Shown: piece by piece, positions 1 to 7,564 of the stretch | Layout of the letters: every line of letters begins with the position of its first letter | How positions within the stretch are numbered: position 1 is the first letter of the stretch | Assembly: GCA_043806135.1 (NCBI GenBank) | Contig: JAZDHG010000064.1 | Span: forward strand, 6,535-70,534 | From: Candidatus Omnitrophota bacterium | GTDB taxonomy: Bacteria > Omnitrophota > Gorgyraeia > B26-G9 | Length of the DNA: 64,000 bases | Reading direction: 5' to 3' | Notes under the pieces: generated by a model | What the model saw: only the letters and a program-made list of their open reading frames with translations | Told to the model about the DNA's origin: nothing | The model's database searches: none | Made by a program: the position numbers and the translations under genes

Positions 1-300
1 TGATTCTGTTTTGCCAAGCACCCCGGCCTCAACCATATTAAAAACTATATACCCAAAATCTTCGGTTGTCTTAATACCCCAATGTTCAAATACAGTACGT
101 GCCAATCTGCCGTATTCTCTAATAGCAAAATCCTTAATACCGAGCATAAGTTCCTGCCCGCTTACATGCCCATTGCGCTTAAGCGCTTCCATGGTGACAT
201 TAAGAGCGGCCAGCACAAATGAATAGGCGTCTATTTTATACCTGTTGTCCTTTTGCCATATTCGATTTAAAACAATGATCAAATCTTCTTTTGATTTCAT
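1..300 (-). CDS. Verrucomicrobia/Planctomycetes-restricted conserved protein (TIGR04138/Minf_1886-like), runs off window start
   Basis: Not in ORF track. Manual translation from ATG 300, which overlaps the surE stop as ATGA: MKSKEDLIIVLNRIWQKDNRYKIDAYSFVLAAL...GHVSGQELMLGIKDFAIREYGRLARTVFEHWGIKTTEDFGYIVFNMVEAGVLGKTES. Carries the family motifs D.RY...AY.FV, HVSG.EL and WG...T.DFG.IVFN. Confidence 0.8.
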   Translation of the reverse strand, partial: MKSKEDLIIVLNRIWQKDNRYKIDAYSFVLAALNVTMEALKRNGHVSGQELMLGIKDFAIREYGRLARTVFEHWGIKTTEDFGYIVFNMVEAGVLGKTES

Positions 301-1061
301 GGCAGCTTAAAATCCATTTTCTTTAACGCGTCTATTGATTTATAATCCGTAAGGTCAAACTGCAGAGGAGTGATTGAAACATAATTATCCTCAATGGCTT
401 TAATATCTGAACCAGCCGGCTTTGCTAACCATTTCACTTTTCCACTCAGCCAGTAATAACTATTTCCCCGCGGATCATCCCGTCTTATAAAGTCTTCCTT
501 ATACAAAGACTTCCCCTGCTTTGTAATCATAACCCCGCGGATACTGTTTTTTTTGACGCTCGGAATATTAACGTTCAACAGTGTCCCCTGGGGGATATTG
601 TTATACTTGATTTTTTTTATCAAAGAAAGGACAAAATCAGCCGCAAAATCAAAGTCATGGTTTTCATAGGTTGCCAGAGATACTGCTATTGAAGGTATAC
701 CTAAAATCGCCCCCTCAGTAGCCGCAGATACTGTGCCGGAATACATAATGTCTGAACCAAGATTCGGGCCGTGATTAATGCCTGAGATTATCAATTGCGG
801 TTTTTGCTTTAAAATACTTCTTACCGCGATTTTAACACAATCTGCAGGTGTCCCGTCAACTGAGTACCCATAAAACTTCTTATTCCTGTAAACTTTTTTT
901 ATCCTGAGCGGCCGGTTTAGAGTGATCGCATGGCCTATAGCGCTTTTCTCTGTATCAGGAGCACAGACACTGACTTCATATGACTTGGCTAGACACAGGT
1001 ATAGATCATAAAGCCCCTCTGCGTTGATCCCGTCATCATTGGTTAATAAAATACGCATCAT
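297..1061 (-). CDS. surE: 5'/3'-nucleotidase SurE
   Basis: ILLTNDDG, GTPADCV, SGINHGPNLG and YSGTVSAA motifs. Confidence 0.97.
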   Translation of the reverse strand: MMRILLTNDDGINAEGLYDLYLCLAKSYEVSVCAPDTEKSAIGHAITLNRPLRIKKVYRNKKFYGYSVDGTPADCVKIAVRSILKQKPQLIISGINHGPNLGSDIMYSGTVSAATEGAILGIPSIAVSLATYENHDFDFAADFVLSLIKKIKYNNIPQGTLLNVNIPSVKKNSIRGVMITKQGKSLYKEDFIRRDDPRGNSYYWLSGKVKWLAKPAGSDIKAIEDNYVSITPLQFDLTDYKSIDALKKMDFKLP

Positions 1062-1339
1062 AATATAAATTCCTTACATTTTATTCTCTGTAAAAAAATA
1101 TCACTACACCTCTTACACAGGCTTAAATCATAACAAACATAGACATCTTCTTCAAGCTTTTTGACATCAGCGTTTTTACCTCGGCACAGATCTTTCTCAT
1201 CTCCTCCTTATTGTCTTTCAATAAATCATCCTTATCTACGGGCGTGTTGCGAAACTACTCATTTAATTTCAAACTTTTAATATAAGTACTCTTTTGCAAT
1301 AACATTTGAACAGCTGCAGCATATCTGTTTTACTTTCAC
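1058..1339 (-). pseudogene. Degraded small CxxC...CxxC (zinc-ribbon-like) protein gene
   Basis: GTG at 1339 overlaps the nth stop and TGA at 1060-1058 overlaps the surE start. Pieces MKVKQICCSCSNVIAKEYLY*KFEIK* / VDKDDLLKDNKEEMRKICAEVK / ADVKKLEEDVYVCYDLSLCKRCSDIFLQRIKCKEFIL* need in-frame stops and two frameshifts to join. Confidence 0.55.
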
Positions 1340-2013
1340 TGCGGCCCCCTTATTCTGGGCTTTCTGACCTGTACTAATGGGCAGTTTCCGCAAAGCGGAA
1401 CTTTTTTTAAACAAAAATTTTTACCAAGGGTAACGATCAAAGCATGATATTCATTGAACAATTCATAATCATTGTTAAGATTCGCTGTTATTTTTTTCTG
1501 TACTTGCGCATAAGTATCACCAGCTGAGATTATTCCATGCCGGCTGAATATCCTTCTGGTATATGCATCCACAACAAAGACCGGTTTATATCCCGCATAA
1601 AGCAGGATACTGTCCGCCGTTTCTTCCCCGATCCCGTCGACATTAAGAAGCATCTTTCTTAAGGAGTACGTCCTGGCATTAAACATCCTGGTTAACGATC
1701 CTTTGTAGTATTTGAATAAAAAAGCTGTAAAATTTTTCAGCCGCTTTGCTTTCAGGTTAAAATATCCGGAGGATCGTATTACCCTTGCCAATTTTCTAAT
1801 ATCAGCTTTTAAAATTTTTCCCGGCGTAAGCATTCGGCCTTTGCGCAAATCGGCAATCGCTATTTCCACATTTGACCAAGAGGTGTTCTGGGTCAGGATC
1901 GCTCCCACAATCATCTCAAACCTGGATTTCGCCGGCCACCAATGCTGCGTCCCATAAAAGGCATATAATTTATCGTATATTTCCACAAAGGTATTTTTCT
2001 CTTCTTTTTTCAT
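1336..2013 (-). CDS. Endonuclease III-related HhH-GPD DNA glycosylase with C-terminal FeS motif
   Basis: GAILTQNTSW, HhH LLNVDGIGEETADSILLY, VVDAYTRR, C-terminal CLKKVPLCGNCP. Confidence 0.9.
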   Translation of the reverse strand: MKKEEKNTFVEIYDKLYAFYGTQHWWPAKSRFEMIVGAILTQNTSWSNVEIAIADLRKGRMLTPGKILKADIRKLARVIRSSGYFNLKAKRLKNFTAFLFKYYKGSLTRMFNARTYSLRKMLLNVDGIGEETADSILLYAGYKPVFVVDAYTRRIFSRHGIISAGDTYAQVQKKITANLNNDYELFNEYHALIVTLGKNFCLKKVPLCGNCPLVQVRKPRIRGPQ

Positions 2014-2160
2014 GTTATATCAGGAATGAATTTTTGCGGGAATTTTGAAAAAATTTTCTGAGAACAAAAAAGTGAGAAAACATAAAGACCAAAAGCAGAC
2101 TTTCAAATTCACCTCTATGCCTTTCAGGCTTTTTAAAGCCGGTGATCTCATATAATGACG

Positions 2161-3192
2161 CTATCCTTTAAAAGCAAATCTACCGAAAATAAGCGCATTG
2201 CAATGAGCACAGTGCCCCTCTTTAAGCTTATTTTCCACCTCATCATATTCCTTTCTCTTGATGACCACCTTCTTGCAGTTCTGGCAGTAAGTATTTGCTG
2301 CCTCATGACCGGAAACATTACTGATATAAACATATAAAAGGCCTTCACGCAAAGCCATAGTTCTGAGGTTTTCAAGCTGATCGATAGGAGTAGGCGCTAC
2401 ATCCTTGAGCCCCCCGTAGGGAAAAAACCTTGTTAAATGCCAGGGAGTGTCCTTGCCCAGTTCCGCAAAAACCCAGGCAGCAATCTCCTTCATTTCCTTC
2501 TCATTGGAATTATAACCAGGGATAACATTGGTAACAATTTCCACATGTATAGCGAATTTACGTTTTGCATCAGAGCCGTTGCTGAAAACTATATTGATAT
2601 CAGAGACATCAGCAATACGCGTATAACTTTCCATAAAGGCGCCCTTTACATCCAGACATAATCCGTCAAGATATGGCGCAATCATATCAAGAGCTTTTGG
2701 AGACAAATAACCATTCGTTACATAACATGTAGATAATCCATCTTCTTTTGCCAACTTAAACACATCCAGCACATACTCAAACCACATTGTCGGTTCATTG
2801 TATGTAAAAGCAATCCCTTTGCAGCCGTTTTGTTTTGCTTTTTTTACAGCTATTTCCGGGCTCAGATAAGAGGTACTGTTTAATCCCTTTTTAACATCAC
2901 AGTGAGATAACTCCCATGACTGACAGCCATGACACTGAAAATTACAACCCAGGCTGCCTAAAGAAAGCCATCGTGTACCCGGAAAAAAATTAAACATTGG
3001 TTTTTTTTCAATAGAAGATACGCTTAAGGATGAAACTTTTCCATAAGTAACCGTATATAGTTTGCCGTCTTTATTTAAACGGGTTTGACACCATCCCATA
3101 TGACTATCATCGATCATACACTTTCGCATGCATAACTGGCACCGGACACTTTTACCTGTAAATTCATCCCAAAGCAAAGCTTCTTTCAGCAT
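2161..3192 (-). CDS. amrS: AmmeMemoRadiSam-system radical SAM enzyme
   Basis: N-terminal CQLCMRKC...GWCQTR, IEKKPMFNFFPG, CNFQCHGC radical SAM motif, FTYNEP, PWHLTRFFP, C-terminal CxxC pairs. Confidence 0.88.
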   Translation of the reverse strand: MLKEALLWDEFTGKSVRCQLCMRKCMIDDSHMGWCQTRLNKDGKLYTVTYGKVSSLSVSSIEKKPMFNFFPGTRWLSLGSLGCNFQCHGCQSWELSHCDVKKGLNSTSYLSPEIAVKKAKQNGCKGIAFTYNEPTMWFEYVLDVFKLAKEDGLSTCYVTNGYLSPKALDMIAPYLDGLCLDVKGAFMESYTRIADVSDINIVFSNGSDAKRKFAIHVEIVTNVIPGYNSNEKEMKEIAAWVFAELGKDTPWHLTRFFPYGGLKDVAPTPIDQLENLRTMALREGLLYVYISNVSGHEAANTYCQNCKKVVIKRKEYDEVENKLKEGHCAHCNALIFGRFAFKG

Positions 3193-3193
3193 A

Positions 3194-4927
3194 TTATGTT
3201 TTCCTCCCCTGCATTTTAAAAAGATCTATGATTTCGCTAACTGTTGTTGCATCCTGCGCATCCTTATCCTCACGGATCTTATCCACTGTCCTGGGGAAAC
3301 GAAGCGCATAACCTGAATCTTTATCCTGCACCTTACCGCAGGTATGGACCGGGCTTCGGGTTATTTCATCTGCCTGTACCTCAATAACATACTTAGGCTC
3401 AACCCACACATCAGGTTCAATAATAGAATCCACTTTTGATGGTTTACCATTTACTTTTATTTTATCAAGCATTTTTTTAAATTTTACCAGCTCATCCTCT
3501 GTCAAACCTGAACCGATCTTAGCGATTGTTTTGAATGTTTCACTCTTTTGATCATAAACACAGGCAAGCAGCGACCCAATACCCAGAGATGCCCTTAATC
3601 CCTTACCGAAATAATAGCCGACAATCACACAATCAATTGTATCATTAAGTTCCCCGGAATAGGAACTCTTTAATTTTATCCAGTTAAAATTTCTTCCTCC
3701 TGCCTTGTACGTACCATCCAGGCGCTTGGCCACAATCCCTTCACGGCCTTCCCGAAGCAATTCTTCAAAAATATTTTCCAGTTCCTGAGCTGTCTTGACA
3801 ATATGTACAGGAGAAACTTCTAAAACATCACCCTTGCCGATTACTGATGTCATGATCTTTCTCCTTTGTTCATAACTTTTATTGGTAAGATCACCATCAG
3901 CATAAAGCATGTCAAAAACAAAAAGTTTAAGCGGAAACAGCTTACGCATTGATGCTATACCGTGTTTTCTTTTGCGCTGAACCGTAGTTTGAAACGGCAG
4001 ACATTCTCCTGTTTGAGGATCATATGCCAGGGCCTCGCCCTCAAATATTACATCTTTATGCTTTATCTGGCTCAATGTGCCCTCTTTGATTTCCGGAAAC
4101 ATATGTGTTGTATTTTCCAGATTGCGGGAATAAACTTGAATTTCTTTACCTTTTTTGTGCACCTGACAGCGAAATCCGTCATATTTTGCTTCAATCGCAC
4201 ATGTACCGATCTTTTCAATGATCTCTTTAGCCCCAGGCATTCGTGCTGCCAAAGCCATGCGGATCGGGCAGCCGACAATAACTTCAAATTCCTTTATCCG
4301 CTCAATTCCCTCAGAAAATAAGATCTTTGCCACAAGCCCAAGGTCACAGCATAGATTATAAGCCCGTTCAAGGTGTTTGCGCAGATCTTTATCACCATTA
4401 TAAGCTAGTGATAAACTGTCTAAGAAAGTAGGATCACCTGCTCCCAAACGCAGCTTACCCAGTATTATCCTGACAACATATTTTACCTCAATGGGGCTTA
4501 TACTTTTAAGCAAATCCGCCAGAAACTCGGTTTTCCTTGCCACTACGCCAGCGCCGGAAAATCCAGCTAACTCCGTTAATTTTTTATAAATTTCCCCAAT
4601 AGTTAAATTTTTATTATATATTTTACACAGGTTTCGAGCGACTTCCCCGTAATCACCGATATTCTGGAACATATCCTCTATCAGTTTATCCGGCTTGCCC
4701 GTAGCAAGAACAATGCTTTTATGTATAAGCTTTTCACTCATCTGAAATTCTATATTTTTGAATGAAGGCAAAAGATGTCCCTGGCTGAGATAGACAATTT
4801 CCTCTATATTTACTTTTTTATCTTGGGATGCTTTTTGAAAAAGCTCCGCAAGTATGTCTGTCATTTCAAGACGCTTAGACGTTGATTCCAACTTCTGGAA
4901 GTAAACAGCCAGTTCCTTAAACTTCAT
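3194..4927 (-). CDS. ATP-dependent DNA ligase (ligase I / archaeal-type architecture)
   Basis: N-terminal DNA-binding domain, EAKYDGFRCQVH adenylation motif, EGIVAK, WIKLK, ALRFPR OB-fold motif. Confidence 0.95.
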   Translation of the reverse strand: MKFKELAVYFQKLESTSKRLEMTDILAELFQKASQDKKVNIEEIVYLSQGHLLPSFKNIEFQMSEKLIHKSIVLATGKPDKLIEDMFQNIGDYGEVARNLCKIYNKNLTIGEIYKKLTELAGFSGAGVVARKTEFLADLLKSISPIEVKYVVRIILGKLRLGAGDPTFLDSLSLAYNGDKDLRKHLERAYNLCCDLGLVAKILFSEGIERIKEFEVIVGCPIRMALAARMPGAKEIIEKIGTCAIEAKYDGFRCQVHKKGKEIQVYSRNLENTTHMFPEIKEGTLSQIKHKDVIFEGEALAYDPQTGECLPFQTTVQRKRKHGIASMRKLFPLKLFVFDMLYADGDLTNKSYEQRRKIMTSVIGKGDVLEVSPVHIVKTAQELENIFEELLREGREGIVAKRLDGTYKAGGRNFNWIKLKSSYSGELNDTIDCVIVGYYFGKGLRASLGIGSLLACVYDQKSETFKTIAKIGSGLTEDELVKFKKMLDKIKVNGKPSKVDSIIEPDVWVEPKYVIEVQADEITRSPVHTCGKVQDKDSGYALRFPRTVDKIREDKDAQDATTVSEIIDLFKMQGRKT

Positions 4928-5397
4928 TTGCCTCCGGTCTCTGAATATTGCCTGAGCACTCTCATTGCTCTTTGTAAAGTCTGTTTTTCATTATCAAAAG
5001 TAACTTTTTCGATAGCCTCTTCAATATCGACCCAGACCACTTCTTCTACTCCGGCATCAGCCGTATTTATCTCACCTTGACAGTATTTCATCAAAAAATA
5101 ATGCACTGTTTTATTAAGGTTCAGTTTTCTTCTTTTATCCACATAGGAATAATGTATATCCTTTAAATGTTCTATTATTTCCCCATCTAATCCTGTTTCT
5201 TCTTTAACCTCTCTTATTGCCGTCTCTTGCCTGGTTTCGTCTTTTTCAATTTTCCCTTTAGGTAAACACCATTGTGATGAGTTCCCGCGGCTGTAAATTA
5301 TTACCTGGAATTTACCTTCAGTCTCCCTGTACAATACCGCTCCTGCAGATATTTCCGGCATGGTCTTATACATTATCACCACTTCCTTTTTGGACAC
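4924..5397 (-). CDS. NUDIX hydrolase (Ap4A hydrolase-like)
   Basis: Nudix box GKIEKDETRQETAIREVKEETG; SAGAV and LPKG motifs. Confidence 0.9.
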   Translation of the reverse strand: MSKKEVVIMYKTMPEISAGAVLYRETEGKFQVIIYSRGNSSQWCLPKGKIEKDETRQETAIREVKEETGLDGEIIEHLKDIHYSYVDKRRKLNLNKTVHYFLMKYCQGEINTADAGVEEVVWVDIEEAIEKVTFDNEKQTLQRAMRVLRQYSETGGK

Positions 5398-5400
5398 TGA

Positions 5401-6309
5401 TTATAAATCAGAAAGATACGATTGCAGAGCCTGCCGCCATGTACAAAGTCTGTTTTTAGTAACTTGTTCATAGCGGCTATTATCCAGAATAGAGCGCCCC
5501 GGCCTTTTTGCCGGCCTAATAAACTGGGTTGATTCAACCGGGAGCACATCAACATTAATATTGCAAAGATCAATAATTGTCTTGGCAAATTCATACCAGG
5601 TACAGCTTTTACTATTGCTCACATGATAAATCCCATATTTTCCCCCGGCATGGCTGGATACAAAAACCTCATTAATTAGTCTCTTCAAGGCCTGCGCCAA
5701 AGATACAGTATATGTCGGCGATCCTCTCTGATCATTGACAACTTTCAACGCATCGCCTTCAGCCGACTTAGCTATGATCGTATTGACAAAGTTTTTACCG
5801 CCTTTTCCAAAGAGCCAGCTTGTTCTGACGATCACGCCGTCAGACAATCCGGCCAATACAGCCTCCTCACCAAGAAGCTTTGTCCGGCCATAAACATTAA
5901 GCGGCGAGGTTGCATCATTTTCAGTATATGCACAGGATTTTTCCCCGTTAAAAACATAATCTGTGCTGATATATATAAGTTTTGTTTTATGTCCCCGGCA
6001 TAAACCGACAATATTCTTTGTCCCTTGGACATTTATCGCCTCGGCTTTTTCCGGATATTTTTCGCAACCGTCAACATCCGTAAAAGCTGCGGTATGAATT
6101 ACCAGCCAGGGATTGTTTTCCTGAAAAACCTTCTTTAATCCTTTTACATCTGTAATATCACAGCAGAAAAAAACATAATTACTATCACCTAAATTCTGAA
6201 CATCTATACCGATGATTCCGTATTGACTCTCAAGAACAGGTGCCAGGTCTTGTCCCAGCATTCCGTTGATACCTGTGATCAATATCCTTTTTTTAGCTTC
6301 ATCCACCAT
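5401..6309 (-). CDS. rfbD: dTDP-4-dehydrorhamnose reductase
   Basis: GINGMLG, AAFTDVD, STDYVF, YGRTK, DQRGSPT. Confidence 0.95.
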   Translation of the reverse strand: MVDEAKKRILITGINGMLGQDLAPVLESQYGIIGIDVQNLGDSNYVFFCCDITDVKGLKKVFQENNPWLVIHTAAFTDVDGCEKYPEKAEAINVQGTKNIVGLCRGHKTKLIYISTDYVFNGEKSCAYTENDATSPLNVYGRTKLLGEEAVLAGLSDGVIVRTSWLFGKGGKNFVNTIIAKSAEGDALKVVNDQRGSPTYTVSLAQALKRLINEVFVSSHAGGKYGIYHVSNSKSCTWYEFAKTIIDLCNINVDVLPVESTQFIRPAKRPGRSILDNSRYEQVTKNRLCTWRQALQSYLSDL

Positions 6310-7241
6310 GATCTATTTGCCTTATACCAGTTAACCGTTGAAAGGATTCCCTCTGAAAAAGAAACCTGTGTCTTAAACCCCAATTTAGAGATTTTTCCTA
6401 TGTCAAGACTATAGCGGCGGTCATGTCCGGGACGATCCTTTACATATTTTATATATTTATCGCTTTTTTCGAGTATTTTAAGAATCGTTCTGGTCAATTC
6501 CATATTGTTTATTTCGTTGCCTGCTCCGATATTATATATCTGACCGCCTTTTCCCTTTTTTAACACCAAATCTATCCCCGCACAATTATCTAGTACATAT
6601 ATCCAGTCCCGTATATTGCCTCCATCTCCGTAAAGCGGAACCTTTTTATTCTCCAAAAGATTAGTTATAAAAAGTGGAATTACCTTTTCCGGGAACTGAA
6701 ATGGTCCGAAGTTATTACTGGAACGAGTGATCATTGCATTAAAATCATAAGTCTTTGAATATGCCCTGACAATCAGATCCGCAGATGCCTTACTTGCAGA
6801 ATAGGGACTGTTCGGCTCCATGATATCTCCTTCTTTGAAGGATCCTCGAAGGCGGGAGCCGTAGACCTCATCCGTACTTATCTGTATGAATTTTTTTATT
6901 TTCATACTTTTTGCTGCATTTAAAAGCACTTCCACCCCAATAATATTCGTTTTCAAGAAAACAACCGGGTCTTGAATAGACCTGTCTACATGACTCTCAG
7001 CGGCAAAATTTATAACCGCGTTGCATCCACCCATCGCATTTTTAACAGCCTTTTTGTCGCAGATATCACCTTTGACAAAACAGTATCTTTTATTGCCTTT
7101 TATATCCTTAAGGCTCCCTTTGCATGAGGCATATGTCTGCTTATCAAAGTTTACAATTCCCACATTCTGATATTTGGACAGCATATATCTGATAAAATTA
7201 CTGCCTATAAATCCCAGTCCTCCCGTGACGAAAAGTTTCAT
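6279..7241 (-). CDS. rfbB: dTDP-glucose 4,6-dehydratase
   Basis: GGLGFIGS, AAESHVDRSI, STDEVYG, YSASK, DRPGHDRRY. Confidence 0.97.
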   Translation of the reverse strand: MKLFVTGGLGFIGSNFIRYMLSKYQNVGIVNFDKQTYASCKGSLKDIKGNKRYCFVKGDICDKKAVKNAMGGCNAVINFAAESHVDRSIQDPVVFLKTNIIGVEVLLNAAKSMKIKKFIQISTDEVYGSRLRGSFKEGDIMEPNSPYSASKASADLIVRAYSKTYDFNAMITRSSNNFGPFQFPEKVIPLFITNLLENKKVPLYGDGGNIRDWIYVLDNCAGIDLVLKKGKGGQIYNIGAGNEINNMELTRTILKILEKSDKYIKYVKDRPGHDRRYSLDIGKISKLGFKTQVSFSEGILSTVNWYKANRSWWMKLKKGY

Positions 7242-7357
7242 TTTTACATCTCCTGTCTTTGCTTTTGAAACAACAAAAATCCCCTTGCTGATTAGAAAAA
7301 AATCCGCAACTTATTTAATTCATCAAAGTTAAGGGATTTTGCTATTATTTTAAGAAA

Positions 7358-7386
7358 AGTTTAACATATAACAATATCAATGTCAA
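7358..7386 (-). promoter_or_regulatory. sigma70-type promoter for rfbB operon
   Basis: Minus strand TTGACA-17 nt-TAAACT with TG extended -10. Confidence 0.65.
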
Positions 7387-7464
7387 TCCAGGCCTTTATT
7401 ATCGCCAGACGGGCTAAAGTGTCCGTTCCTCTGTTTTGCTGCATATAACCTTCTATATTTCTTC

Positions 7465-7493
7465 TTGATTAAAAGGAAATTTTGTTCTATAAT
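7465..7493 (+). promoter_or_regulatory. sigma70-type promoter for GH94 gene
   Basis: TTGATT-17 nt-TATAAT. Confidence 0.6.
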
Positions 7494-7564
7494 ATGTGTT
7501 TGGGAAATTTTCCCTTTCTATTGGCTTTTTAAAAACTAGCTGTTTAACCAGGAAAACAACATTC

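Noticed and set aside
7405-7430. Small hairpin ACGGGCTAAAGTGTCCGT as a c-di-GMP riboswitch or ops element
   Set aside because: Lacks the GEMM two-hairpin consensus and the GGCGGTAG ops motif, and lies upstream of both predicted promoters
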